Notes: generated by a model from the letters alone, not told the origin. Shown: positions 19,329 to 29,198, counted from the first letter of the stretch. The stretch: DNA of 64,000 nt from Candidatus Sumerlaeales bacterium (GCA_038243585.1 JBBSQY010000009.1:10858-74857), one strand, 5' to 3'. Made by a program: numbers and translations.

Positions 19329-19517
19329 CTACTTTCCCATAAAGCGCATGACGAGCCGGCTAACGCGCGATTCGTCGGCCACGCCGTTGCCGCCAGTGAG
19401 GTACTCTTTCGCATTGGGGTTTTCTTCCGCGCGGGCGCCACGGGTCATTTCAATGCCGCTGGTGATGGCAGAAGTTTTTTCTGGTGACTCGATTCGGTGG
19501 AGGCCTTTTTTCTTCAT
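19329..19517 (-). CDS. Hypothetical small charged protein (62 aa)
   Basis: It is the only ORF in the PPIase-pnp spacer with GC3-rich, gene-like codon usage (MKKKGLHRIESPEKTSAITSGIEMTRGARAEENPNAKEYLTGGNGVADESRVSRLVMRFMGK). I saw no clear SD site and recognise no family. Confidence 0.4.
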   Translation of the reverse strand: MKKKGLHRIESPEKTSAITSGIEMTRGARAEENPNAKEYLTGGNGVADESRVSRLVMRFMGK

Positions 19518-19587
19518 GGCGGGGGTCCCTGGAGAGGAGATGGTTATACTGTGGTATAGGTCTTATTACGACCTGTAAGGTTGCAGT

Positions 19588-19629
19588 GTTAATAATAAAG
19601 GTCCGGCAACCCTTTCGGGTTGCCGGACC
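19588..19629 (-). terminator. Intrinsic terminator after the cyclophilin gene
   Basis: A perfect 13-bp stem GGTCCGGCAACCC/GGGTTGCCGGACC with a TTTC loop is followed on the minus strand by TTTATTATT. Confidence 0.75.
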
Positions 19630-19653
19630 TGCTTAATGCGTTCTTTGTGCTAG

Positions 19654-20289
19654 TTAGTTGCTTGGTGCGGTGCCCGTTGAGGCGGCATCAGCAGGTGAGG
19701 TTGCCGGAGCTGCTGCACTTGCGCCGACTATTTCGATGTTCTTAATGACGACAGGGGTCGACGGGCGATCCTGCGCGCCGGTAGGCGTATTGACGATCTT
19801 GTTGACCACGTCCATGCCGCTCGTCACTTTACCGAAAATCGTATGTTTGTTGTTAAGATGCGGCGTAGGACCCATGGTAATGAAAAACTGGCTGCCATTG
19901 GTGCCGGGGCCGGAGTTGGCCATGGCGAGCAGGCCGGGACCTTCGAAACCAAGGTCGCTGAATTCATCTTCAAACTTGTAGCCAGGGCCACCCATACCGT
20001 TGCCCATTGGATCGCCGCCCTGAACCATGAAGCCGGGGATGACACGATGGAAAATGGTTCCGCTGTAAAGAGGACGATCGGTTACAGCTTTGCCTGATTT
20101 AGGGTCGGTCCAGGCTTTTTTGCCGGTGGACAGACCGATAAAGTTTTCGACAGTTTTAGGGGCTTTGGCCGGATAAAGCTCGACGGTTATGTCGCCCATG
20201 GACGTGTGAATGATGGCCTGGGAGTTTGCCTGGGCGGAAGCGCCGGCGGCGATGCCCAGAGAGAATAGTACTGCGAAAGTGCGCTTCAT
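19654..20289 (-). CDS. Secreted cyclophilin-type peptidyl-prolyl cis-trans isomerase
   Basis: Motifs: [45 protein letters not shown] chose the start at [21 protein letters not shown] (signal peptide, AGGAG upstream) rather than the ORF-track 20361. Confidence 0.92.
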   Translation of the reverse strand: MKRTFAVLFSLGIAAGASAQANSQAIIHTSMGDITVELYPAKAPKTVENFIGLSTGKKAWTDPKSGKAVTDRPLYSGTIFHRVIPGFMVQGGDPMGNGMGGPGYKFEDEFSDLGFEGPGLLAMANSGPGTNGSQFFITMGPTPHLNNKHTIFGKVTSGMDVVNKIVNTPTGAQDRPSTPVVIKNIEIVGASAAAPATSPADAASTGTAPSN

Positions 20290-20442
20290 GTTTGCTCCTG
20301 ATGGTTGGTTTTTTGATGCTGAACAAGAGATATAGACAGCGGAAGCGGGGTTTGCGTTCACGGGGAAGTGAGAAAGTGGTTGTGAAGGGCGCGACTTATA
20401 AAAAATGATATGTTGGCAAGAATTTGCACCGCAGTTATTTTA

Positions 20443-20472
20443 GCCGCAAAAAGTCGCAAAAGCCGCAAAAAA
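20443..20472. repeat. Three helically phased A-tract units (GCCGCAAAAA / GTCGCAAAA / GCCGCAAAAAA)
   Basis: Read directly from the sequence. The period is about 10 nt, and the repeat sits in the spacer upstream of the cyclophilin gene. Confidence 0.7.
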
Positions 20473-20565
20473 TGGTTGTTGTTTTGGTTGCTCATGCATT
20501 AGGTTGCGTAAGAGTGGCTAGCTGGCTTTTCATGAGTAATAATTTTGTTGCGGCGCAGTTTTGCT

Positions 20566-21402
20566 TTAGGCCAGGGAATCTAGCAGACTTAGTTGGGTTG
20601 CAATTGGACGGGGACGGCGGAGAGTTTCCCTGCCAATCAGAGTGGAGACGGCGTCACGGGGCGCGATGTGAATCTTTACCTGCGGACGCTTCGCCAGAAT
20701 CGTTTTGGCGGTTTGAAGGGCCAGGCCGGGACTGTTGTTGTCCTGGCTTAGGTGGCTGAGCAGCAGCATCTGTAGCCGGTCACCGGCGTGGTCGCGCACC
20801 ATTTCAGCGCTTTCCGTGTTTTCCAGATGTCCCCGTCCGCCACTGATGCGGTGTTTCAGGCGGGGCGAGTAAGCGGGATTCTGGTCAAGCATGTCGCAAT
20901 CGTAATTGCTCTCGAGAAACGCGACATCCAGATCAGCCAGGCAGCGCTTGAGAGCGGGAAAACAATGGCCAAGATCGGTCAGAATTCCTACGCGGTGCTG
21001 GCCATCGTCCACGATAAATGCGCATGGGTTGACGGCGTCGTGGGGCGTGGGGATGGTCTGCACAGTTACGTGACCGACTTTCACCGAGTCGCCGGGGGTG
21101 AAGTATTGGAACTGGGTCTTGCAGACTTTACCGAGGCGTTGGCTCATAACGTGATGGGTATCACGGGAGCAAAAAATGGGGACGTTTAGTTTGCGCTGAA
21201 AAACGCCGGCGCAAGCGGTGTGGTCGGAGTGATCATGAGATATGAACAGGCCGTTGAACGTGCCGCAGTCGATCCCATAGGCCGCCATTCGTTCGCAGGC
21301 GCGGCGAAAAGGGATGCCAGCATCGAACAGCAGACGCACACCTGCGGACTCATAATAATAGCAATTGCCACAGCTACCGGATTGAAGGGAAAAGGTTTTC
21401 AT
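20566..21402 (-). CDS. MBL-fold metallo-hydrolase (YycJ/PhnP-like)
   Basis: The HxHxDH motif appears as ISHDHSDHTA. The rest fits the family: N-terminal SGSCGNCYYY, a later HD, and GHL near the C-terminus. Confidence 0.85.
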   Translation of the reverse strand: MKTFSLQSGSCGNCYYYESAGVRLLFDAGIPFRRACERMAAYGIDCGTFNGLFISHDHSDHTACAGVFQRKLNVPIFCSRDTHHVMSQRLGKVCKTQFQYFTPGDSVKVGHVTVQTIPTPHDAVNPCAFIVDDGQHRVGILTDLGHCFPALKRCLADLDVAFLESNYDCDMLDQNPAYSPRLKHRISGGRGHLENTESAEMVRDHAGDRLQMLLLSHLSQDNNSPGLALQTAKTILAKRPQVKIHIAPRDAVSTLIGRETLRRPRPIATQLSLLDSLA

Positions 21403-21525
21403 GGAGACGGAATTGAACCAAGCGTTCTATAAGTCGTTGCGCAATAAAAAAAGCAAAGCAGAAACAAAAGCCTTAACGCAGAGACGGGGAGGCGCAGAGG
21501 GCGGGACTGTTACACCTGTAGCCCC

Positions 21526-21636
21526 TTGGTTCCCAATGCAGTAACAATTGCGGCTATGCAAGAGTGCCTGGATGGCAATCTAAAGTCATTTGATTCTATT
21601 GATGAGCTAGTGAAGGACTTAAACTCAGAAGATTGA
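21526..21636 (+). pseudogene. Relic of a DinJ/RelB-family antitoxin; only the C-terminal toxin-binding segment remains
   Basis: The frame reads ...LVPNAVTIAAMQECLDGNLKSFDSIDELVKDLNSED*. This resembles the C-terminus of E. coli DinJ (PNQLTIQSIKNSEAG...DADDLFDKLGI). No RHH N-terminal half and no toxin ORF are present. The region is visibly AT-richer than its flanks. Confidence 0.4.
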
Positions 21637-21752
21637 AGAATTGGGCGATAATTGCTAATGGATTGATCGGAACCGTTAAGCACTTGTATAATTCCGCTGG
21701 ACATGCCGTCCGCAGCGAAGAACAAGCAGTTTAAATTGCTAATCTACCTATA

Positions 21753-23486
21753 ATGACTCGACGCAGGAAGACATACCGCTGGGAATATCGTGATCAGCAG
21801 CCTGACCAGGCTCGGTCGCTCACGGAACGGTATCGACTGCACTCCGTTGTGGCGTCCGTGCTTGCCAACCGCGGGTTGGCCTTGGAACATGATGCCATGC
21901 TGGGCTTTATGAGTCCTAAATTGAACACCCTGCATGACCCGCTGCTGATGGCAGATATGGCTCGCGGGGTCGAGCGCGTGGCAGATGCGGTGCGTTCGGG
22001 CGAGCGAGTTGTCGTTTTCGGCGATTACGACGCCGACGGTATTACCAGCACTTCGTTGATGCTGCGGCTGCTGCGCCATGTGGGCGCCAATTGTGGATTT
22101 TACGTTCCTCACCGCGTGGATGAGGGTTATGGCATGAGCACGGCGGCCCTGGAGCGGCTGGCTTCTGAGGGTGCACGCTTGGTCATCACGGTGGATAACG
22201 GCATCAGCGGCATCGAACAGGTGCGCCGGGCCCGGGAGCTGGGCGTGGATGTTGTCATCACGGATCACCATCAGCAGGGCGATACGTTGCCTGAGGCGAC
22301 GGCGGTTATTAATCCTAATCGCCATGACTGTCTATACCCGTGCAAGCATCTTGCGGGCGTAGGCGTGGCTTTTAAATTCGCGCACGCGCTACTGAAAACG
22401 CTGGGGCGTTCGGCGGATGAATCGACGCAATTTCTCAAATCCGTTCTCGACCTGGTAGCTATCGGAACTATTGCGGATTACGCGCCTCTGGCCGGAGAAA
22501 ACCGGGTGCTGGTATCTCACGGTCTCCAGCAGATTGCAAAATCAACGAATCCGGGCATCATCGCGCTGCGCAATCACCTGAAAATAAACGGGGCCGTTAC
22601 GGCTGCTCACGTGGGCTTTCAGATCGGCCCACGCCTGAACGCGGCTGGCCGGACGAGCCACGCGGAAATTGGCGTGCGGCTTTTGACGACGGACGATCCT
22701 GAAGAAGCCGACGTGATTGTAGATGAACTGGAGGCTTGCAACCGCGCCCGGCGTCTTTTAGAAGGAAAGATTTTTGACGAATCCATGGCGTTTGTGGATG
22801 AAAACATCGACCTGACGCGCGAATCCGTGGTGGTGGTAGACGGACAGGGCTGGCACCTCGGCGTTATCGGCATTGTCGCCAGCCGCCTGATGGACCAGGT
22901 GGAGCGCCCGGTGATCGTGCTGTCTCACAAGGCAGACTGTGTTAAGGGGTCTGGGCGTAGCTTCGGAACGTTTAATTTGTTCGAGGCGCTAACGGCATGC
23001 GATAATCATCTGACAGCTTTTGGCGGACACCCTCACGCGGCAGGCATGACGCTGCCCATTGCCGGAGTCGCTGGTTTTCGGCGGGCAATTAATGAGTATG
23101 CCGCGCTCGGCGAAGGGCTTGATCGTATGGCTCCGCCCCTAATTATCGACGCGGAGATTGATTGCCGTCTGATGGACATGGAAATGATGGCACATTTGCA
23201 TTATCTGGAACCGTTCGGGCATACCAATCCTCCCCCGGTGCTGGCGACCCGGGGCCTGCGGCTTCACGCCCAGCCGCGGGTGGTTGGTGAGAAGCATTTG
23301 AAGATACAGTTTTCCAGCAGCGGCACCGTCGTCGACGGGATTGGCTTCGGCATGGGTCACATGGCGTCGGAACTGAACGGTGCGGTGGGCGCGGAGGTTG
23401 AAGTTGCGTTTTCACCTTCGATAAACAACTTCTGGTCGGTGCCGCGAGTTGAGATGGAAATCAAAGATTTGAGGCTGACAAACTAG
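21753..23486 (+). CDS. recJ: Single-stranded-DNA-specific exonuclease RecJ
   Basis: DHH family motifs: VVVFGDYDADGITS, ITVDNGIS, VVITDHH. DHHA1 motif: GGHPHAAG. Confidence 0.93.
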   Translation: MTRRRKTYRWEYRDQQPDQARSLTERYRLHSVVASVLANRGLALEHDAMLGFMSPKLNTLHDPLLMADMARGVERVADAVRSGERVVVFGDYDADGITSTSLMLRLLRHVGANCGFYVPHRVDEGYGMSTAALERLASEGARLVITVDNGISGIEQVRRARELGVDVVITDHHQQGDTLPEATAVINPNRHDCLYPCKHLAGVGVAFKFAHALLKTLGRSADESTQFLKSVLDLVAIGTIADYAPLAGENRVLVSHGLQQIAKSTNPGIIALRNHLKINGAVTAAHVGFQIGPRLNAAGRTSHAEIGVRLLTTDDPEEADVIVDELEACNRARRLLEGKIFDESMAFVDENIDLTRESVVVVDGQGWHLGVIGIVASRLMDQVERPVIVLSHKADCVKGSGRSFGTFNLFEALTACDNHLTAFGGHPHAAGMTLPIAGVAGFRRAINEYAALGEGLDRMAPPLIIDAEIDCRLMDMEMMAHLHYLEPFGHTNPPPVLATRGLRLHAQPRVVGEKHLKIQFSSSGTVVDGIGFGMGHMASELNGAVGAEVEVAFSPSINNFWSVPRVEMEIKDLRLTN

Positions 23487-23651
23487 TGCTGGCACCGCAC
23501 GTCCAGCTTTGCCGGTTACAAAACAGATGGGCATGTGTGCCCGTATCGACCATCTCAGGCATAGTCAAGATTAGCTCTGCAGCATCTTCTAAACTTAACC
23601 CAGTCCATTGGGACGGGCAACAATGCCCACCCTACCTTCAGAGGAATAACC

Positions 23652-26003
23652 ATGACAGATAAAGATCCATCAGAAGGCAACACACCGGAAACCAATAAAA
23701 GCAAACTGCCGCCCCGTAGGGCTGACTGGCATAGCGGCCTAAAGCGGGAAGACAACGACTCGTATCGGCCCACGGCAGATGGCACCGTTTCTGATTTTCT
23801 GGCTACGCAGCGTAATCCGGACTCTCCGGATTGGGATCCCATTGATGGCCCACGCGCCACAGGAGAAATTGCGGGACGGGCGGATGTTAGCGCGGTGGAC
23901 CCGGTATCAACAAAGCCGGTCACTATGGGTTTTTACCAGCGGCGGATGCGTTTTACGGATATGGTGATTGCCCTTCTTGTGGGGCTTGCTGCCTTCTTCG
24001 CGGTGGCTACAACGTACGTCGGATTTGGTCATTCGTGGGATGAAGCGCTGTATTTGAAGCCCGCGGAGCGGGCGGCTGCTTGGATGCTGGGGGTTATCAA
24101 TTCTGGCGATGATTCCATGCTGCAACCGGCGGCGGTGGGACGGCATTGGGGCCATTCGCTAGACGGCAACGATCCGCTGCATCCGGAAATTGCTCCCATC
24201 CCGAAACTACTGATTGGTGCCGGACTGACCTATCTTGTGCCCTTGGGCATTGAGCCAATGGTGGCCATGCGTCTTCCAGTGGCGGTTTTGTTTGCGCTCA
24301 CGGTGGCGCTACTGTTTCTGCTGGGCACTCGTGAGTACGGGCGCATTGGCGGGTTTGCGGCGGCTTTGATGTATTTTATGATGCCTCGGGTCTTTGGTCA
24401 TGCGCACATTGCCGCCTCGGAGACAGCCCTGGCTTTTTTTGTGGTGCTGACGGTCTGGTGTTTTCTCACGGCGAACCGGTTCTGGGTGCTGGCGCTTTTT
24501 ACAGGCATTGCGTTCGGGCTGGCGGTAGACACGAAAGTGACTGCGTTAATGCTTCCGCTGCCCCTAATGGTTTGGGGCCAGATTTATAAACGGCGGGAAT
24601 ATGCCTCAAACATTTTTGCCATGGCGTTTGTTGCGCCAGTTGTCATTATTGCCCTGTGGCCGTGGCTTTGGTATGACGGTCTTTCCCGTTTTTTCAGCTA
24701 TCTGGAGTTCTACACCTCTCATCAATCGACGGCGGTGTATTATCTGGGTCGCAAGTGGGGATACACTCACGGACCGAATGCGCCGTTTTTCTACCCGCTT
24801 CATATCGCGGCTATTTCAATTCCCATCTGGATACTCGCGTTTCTCGCCCTCGGCCTGCTGCGGGCGCTTTTCTCCACTATTCGCCGGCCGGTCACCATCT
24901 TGTTTGTAGTGATGGCGGCGGCCTGGCTGGGGCTTAACATGTTGCCCCATGCACCGCGATATGACGGAGAACGGCTGTTTTTTCCGGCGTTTGCATTTCT
25001 CGCGCTGACGGCGGCAGGAGGGTTTTCTGCCTTGTTTATGGGAGTCCATGGCTGGAGGGAACGCCGCGGTGGCGTCGGGGCGAGACGCGAAACAGGGTAC
25101 ATTGCCGCCATTGCTGTGGGAATCTGTGCGGTTTATGGCGCGGTAGATCTGTACTTTTCGCATCCGAACCAGCTCAATTATTATAACTGGCTGGTCGGCC
25201 GGTCCGCGGGGGCGTATGCCCAGGGTTTTGAAACCTCTTATTGGGGAGAGGCCGTTAATGAAGATGTGACTGACTACCTGAACACGGTGCTGCAGCCGGG
25301 CGACAAGGTTAAGACGTTGGCGTTGAACGATCTGGCCTTCGAAAATCTGCGCCAGTGGAACAAATTGCCGGAGAAGGTGGATTTTTCCCCGGATGCGTCG
25401 CCTTATGATTATGTCGTGATGCAAGTGAGGCAAGGGTTTATGGGACGGCCGGAGCGTCAGCTATTGCGAAACCATAAACCGCTACGGGAGTTTAGCCACA
25501 ATGGAGTGCCTCGCATCCTGGTCTATGCCGGTGCCGACGTGGGAAGCATCTTTCCGACAATTGCGAAAGTTGCTGTGCAGGCAGAGATTGGGGTCCAGCT
25601 AAAAGATGAAGAGTCAACGGCGACGATGCCGGCAGATGTTTTGACGACCCAGACTCCCGCTATAAATGATAAAATAAGCGTTTCGGCGGAGAAGGTGGAC
25701 GCCGGCACTACCGCCACAGAGGCGTTGGAATTGCCGGAGGAAGCCGTTACCACAGCTTCCGCTGTAACGGCCATGGATGACCTATCGACTGCTTCGGCGA
25801 TTACTTCGAACGGTTTGGAAACCAGTGCCGTCATGGTGCTGGATTTGCCGACGAGTAACTCTGAGACTACGGCGACGGAAAAGCGCCTGACCCCTGTGCC
25901 TCTTGTGGAGCTTATGGAAGCGGGAGACCCGGAAACAAGCGCAAGCCGGATCTATGACGGAGATTTACCAAGCACAAATTCATTGCCCACAGTTGTAGAG
26001 TAA
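23652..26003 (+). CDS. Polytopic membrane glycosyltransferase, GT39/ArnT-like (PMT_2), with disordered N- and C-terminal extensions
   Basis: GAGGAA lies upstream of the ATG. There are more than 10 predicted TM helices. An ArnT-like loop reads RLPVAVLFALTVALLFLLGTREYG...MPRVFGHAHIAASE. The tail is Thr/Ala/Ser-rich. Confidence 0.72.
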   Translation: MTDKDPSEGNTPETNKSKLPPRRADWHSGLKREDNDSYRPTADGTVSDFLATQRNPDSPDWDPIDGPRATGEIAGRADVSAVDPVSTKPVTMGFYQRRMRFTDMVIALLVGLAAFFAVATTYVGFGHSWDEALYLKPAERAAAWMLGVINSGDDSMLQPAAVGRHWGHSLDGNDPLHPEIAPIPKLLIGAGLTYLVPLGIEPMVAMRLPVAVLFALTVALLFLLGTREYGRIGGFAAALMYFMMPRVFGHAHIAASETALAFFVVLTVWCFLTANRFWVLALFTGIAFGLAVDTKVTALMLPLPLMVWGQIYKRREYASNIFAMAFVAPVVIIALWPWLWYDGLSRFFSYLEFYTSHQSTAVYYLGRKWGYTHGPNAPFFYPLHIAAISIPIWILAFLALGLLRALFSTIRRPVTILFVVMAAAWLGLNMLPHAPRYDGERLFFPAFAFLALTAAGGFSALFMGVHGWRERRGGVGARRETGYIAAIAVGICAVYGAVDLYFSHPNQLNYYNWLVGRSAGAYAQGFETSYWGEAVNEDVTDYLNTVLQPGDKVKTLALNDLAFENLRQWNKLPEKVDFSPDASPYDYVVMQVRQGFMGRPERQLLRNHKPLREFSHNGVPRILVYAGADVGSIFPTIAKVAVQAEIGVQLKDEESTATMPADVLTTQTPAINDKISVSAEKVDAGTTATEALELPEEAVTTASAVTAMDDLSTASAITSNGLETSAVMVLDLPTSNSETTATEKRLTPVPLVELMEAGDPETSASRIYDGDLPSTNSLPTVVE

Positions 26004-26039
26004 GTCCCTGGGATCAGACAATAATGATTAGCTTATGGG

Positions 26040-26978
26040 CTAAGGCGAAGGGGTTTCCATGAACTCGCTGATCAGACCTTCACGCACGCCGGCGTCGCTC
26101 ACGGAAAACTCTTTAACTTTCATGTGATCGAGAACGCTGGTTAATATAATCGCGCCGGGGATTATCAAACGCGCCCGGCTTTCATCCGTGCAGGTAGTGC
26201 GTGAGATGTTGCTTACTGTCATTTGTACGAGTTCAGCGGTGATCTCCGACACATCGCGAATTTCGATACTGCTGTCGGGCGCGGCCATATTCCTGGACTT
26301 AACGGCAGCGGCTAACGCGCACGCGGTGCCACCGATGCAGGTGGTTTGCTGCGAAGATTGAAATTGGTCAAGAGGGGCATTGGAAATGGTCTGCTTTACC
26401 ATTTTACGCAATTTCGCCACTACATCCTGTTCATAAATGTCGGGCATACCAACATGTTTTGCAAGGCGAACTGCTCCAATGGGCAGGCTTACAGCTGCTT
26501 CAATTTCGCCACCTGGTCTTACCTTAATGATTTCGGTACTGCCGCCGCCAATGTCCACGATCAGGTTTTCCCGTTTTGATCCCATGTCAAAAGCAACGCC
26601 GCGGGCAGCCAGGCGCGCCTCTTCATCACCGGTGATCGCTTTAAGTTCGATGCCGGCTTCCATCTGCACGCGGATGAGGAAGGCGTCGCAGTTGGTGGCC
26701 TCGCGAATGGCGCTGGTGGCCACTGCGGGAAGGCAAATCATATTTTGGTCGCGGGCTATGCGGGCAATTTCACGCAGGGCTTCTACGGCTGCGTCCATAT
26801 CGTCATCTGCAAGTGCCCCGGCAACAAAGGTGCCGGCGCCGAGTCGAATGGGATAACGCTTTCGGGATTGAAGAATGGGCGTAAGGCGGACGTTGAGCCG
26901 AAACACGCTAAAGCGGATTGCATTGCTGCCAACGTCTATGGCGCCAAGCATTTCGTAAGGGTTAAGATTCTGATTCAA
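26040..26978 (-). CDS. Ppx/GppA-family phosphatase (short form, ASKHA domains only)
   Basis: Motifs: GAIDVGSNAIRFSVF, AVATSAIREATN, IVDIGGGSTEI. It lies 12 nt downstream of the FHA gene. Confidence 0.88.
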   Translation of the reverse strand: MNQNLNPYEMLGAIDVGSNAIRFSVFRLNVRLTPILQSRKRYPIRLGAGTFVAGALADDDMDAAVEALREIARIARDQNMICLPAVATSAIREATNCDAFLIRVQMEAGIELKAITGDEEARLAARGVAFDMGSKRENLIVDIGGGSTEIIKVRPGGEIEAAVSLPIGAVRLAKHVGMPDIYEQDVVAKLRKMVKQTISNAPLDQFQSSQQTTCIGGTACALAAAVKSRNMAAPDSSIEIRDVSEITAELVQMTVSNISRTTCTDESRARLIIPGAIILTSVLDHMKVKEFSVSDAGVREGLISEFMETPSP

Positions 26979-26990
26979 AACGTGTTGACG

Positions 26991-29198
26991 TTAACGGGCG
27001 GGCAGCAACTGAAGCATGATGTCAGTAACACCTTTACGTTGAACGGCAGTAAACTCCTCTTTGGATGTGGCATAGATTACAATTGTGCTTTTTTGCTTTT
27101 CCGGAACAAGGATCAGCATCAAATTTTGATTTTGCTTCGAAAACTCTCCTGCCTGAAAGCCGGTTCCAAGCTGCTCTTCATCTTTTTTCCATCCCTCGTC
27201 GGTCATAGCCTTAAAGGTGGAGGCACTCTTTAAAGCCCCAGGGTCCCTCGCGATTCGGATTTCTAGACCACTTCCATCAGAAAAGAGAATCATCCCGTCC
27301 GCCTCTTCACTGGTGGCTTCCCAGCCAGTCGGCGCAGTCAACGTCACATTTAAAGCTTTGCTTTTGACGGTTTTGCCGCTAGCCACTGCGGAAGCAGACG
27401 TTGTCGCGTCGGTGGGCGACGCGGTAGGGCTGGGGCTCGCTTCTGGCGTGACAGCAGCGGCGGTCGCAATTGGAGTTGCCGCCGTTGGTTTTGGCAGACC
27501 GCCAGTACTCGCTGGCGCAGGAGCCGGAGGTGCGGCTGGCGGTTTTTGAGCGGGGATTGGAGGAGCTGTGAGATTTTTCACCAGTAGCAGGTTAATAGAA
27601 TCCTCATCAAGTCTTGACAGAGATTGCTCGGACGTCTCCAGAAAGGCCATCGCGGGCGCGCCGGACGAAGGTTGGTGCAGCGCTGCCATAAGGTGGGTGT
27701 TCCCGACGCGGGATTTTAAGGTTTTGACTTTCACCCCGTCTACAGTTGTCTCTTCGGGTTGTCCTATTATCTGAGCCCCGTTGCGCTGAAGCAATTGCCT
27801 CATGTGGGCTTCGTTTAGCTTGGGATCCCGCACATAGTCGACAGCCACTTCTTTGTCGTTGGATTCTGTGCTGATGTAGTTATCGCTATTAAGGGTGGTC
27901 CACGCTTTTGGCACCTGAACGGTAAAGGTTCCGGGCATATTTTTTAACGGCGTTAGATCTTCCAACGCTTCTTCATAATTTCCACGTGCCACTGAGGAAT
28001 CCGAGGGCGTCTTGTCGCCGGAAGGCCACAGGGCTATTATGCCTATGAGAACCACGACGGCTATTGCACCCAAGACGACTTTTCTTCCGGGCTTAAATTT
28101 AAGTTTATGCGCAAGAGGAACGATAGCGGGCATGGCAAAACGGAGTTTATTAAAGGGATTGCTGGCCGGCGGTGCGGCGGAGGCAGGGTCTGTCTCAGCT
28201 ACGGGCTTTTCCTGATCGCCGGGGATCGCGTCGTTATCAGCATCTGACGCGTCTGCGTCCGTAACCGGGTTGGAAGCCGGACTGGTCAAATCTTCCGAAC
28301 CAACTGGGTCGCCATTTCCGGGTGCAGATGTATTGGGGGGAGTTACAGCGGAAGCGGGGACTCCGGTGGTGTATGGTTTTGCGCTTTGCATTGGAATGGC
28401 GCTCAACAAGCCTAGCGCACCCGCCGATGCATCATTCGGCTGTAATGCGCTAACGGGTGGTGCCGGAGCGGGCGCTTCCCGTTTTATTACCGGGCTAAGG
28501 GGGCGGTGATTAGGGTAATGCCGCTTGGCGCTATCGACATGAAACCGAGCTTGCGGACCGCCGTCACCGAGCATTATAACGTCGCCCTCGAGAATTTCCA
28601 TGGGCTGATCCAGAAGCTCACCGTTTACATAGGTGCCGTTGCGGCTGGAATCGGTCAGAACAAAGTGGCCATTTACGTAGCGGATGTTGCAGTGATTTCC
28701 GCTGACAATCATATCACCGCGAGGATCGAGGGGAACTTCAAGGTCCGCCCTGCGTCCGATGTTTGATAAAACACCAGCGTTAACAGGAAAGATGCGACCG
28801 GCGTCGGAGCCTGAGAAATATTCGAGCTCAGCCGAAACAGGAAACATCTGCGGCAGAGGTTGTGTGCCGGGAACAGGCAGACCGGTCCGAAATATTACCT
28901 CGGGCCCTTCCAGGCCAAAGCGGACGTAGTCCTCGTGCATCAGAGCGCAGCGCTCATGAACCCTCTCACCGTTTACCCAGGTGCCGGCTTTTGAGCCAAG
29001 ATCGTATAGACAGTAGATGTTTCCGTCTTCTAAAAGAACTTCGGCGTGCTGGGGAGCCACCTGGTCCAATTGAAAACTTTCGAGCCGAAAATCGCAGCTC
29101 CCGGCCCGCCCAATTGATATCCTGGCTGTGTCGAACGCCTGCGCCTCGCCTTTGCGGGGTCCGGAATAAAATACAAAATGGCACGCTGTTCTATCCAA
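26991..29198 (-). CDS. Transmembrane dual-FHA-domain protein with two extracytoplasmic alpha/beta modules
   Basis: FHA 1: ISIGRAGSCDFRL...HAEVLLEDGNIYCLYDLGSKAGTWVNG. FHA 2: SNIGRRADLEVPL...SGNHCNIRYVNGHFVLTDSSRNGTYVNG. There is a Pro/Ala linker and a TM helix (VVLGAIAVVVLIGIIALW). Two repeated modules then each start with an xPxxW motif (VQVPKAW, LTAPTGW). The start codon is TTG. Confidence 0.85.
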   Translation of the reverse strand: MDRTACHFVFYSGPRKGEAQAFDTARISIGRAGSCDFRLESFQLDQVAPQHAEVLLEDGNIYCLYDLGSKAGTWVNGERVHERCALMHEDYVRFGLEGPEVIFRTGLPVPGTQPLPQMFPVSAELEYFSGSDAGRIFPVNAGVLSNIGRRADLEVPLDPRGDMIVSGNHCNIRYVNGHFVLTDSSRNGTYVNGELLDQPMEILEGDVIMLGDGGPQARFHVDSAKRHYPNHRPLSPVIKREAPAPAPPVSALQPNDASAGALGLLSAIPMQSAKPYTTGVPASAVTPPNTSAPGNGDPVGSEDLTSPASNPVTDADASDADNDAIPGDQEKPVAETDPASAAPPASNPFNKLRFAMPAIVPLAHKLKFKPGRKVVLGAIAVVVLIGIIALWPSGDKTPSDSSVARGNYEEALEDLTPLKNMPGTFTVQVPKAWTTLNSDNYISTESNDKEVAVDYVRDPKLNEAHMRQLLQRNGAQIIGQPEETTVDGVKVKTLKSRVGNTHLMAALHQPSSGAPAMAFLETSEQSLSRLDEDSINLLLVKNLTAPPIPAQKPPAAPPAPAPASTGGLPKPTAATPIATAAAVTPEASPSPTASPTDATTSASAVASGKTVKSKALNVTLTAPTGWEATSEEADGMILFSDGSGLEIRIARDPGALKSASTFKAMTDEGWKKDEEQLGTGFQAGEFSKQNQNLMLILVPEKQKSTIVIYATSKEEFTAVQRKGVTDIMLQLLPAR

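Noticed and set aside
20424-20759. A 111-aa plus-strand ORF starting in the cyclophilin/MBL spacer.
   Set aside because: Its 5' part is the A-tract repeat (SRKKSQKPQK) and its 3' part runs antisense into the MBL hydrolase gene, so it has no independent support.
21510-21725. A 71-aa minus-strand ORF in the MBL-recJ spacer.
   Set aside because: The composition is implausible, there is no SD site, and the opposite strand carries a recognisable DinJ-like antitoxin remnant that better explains the sequence.
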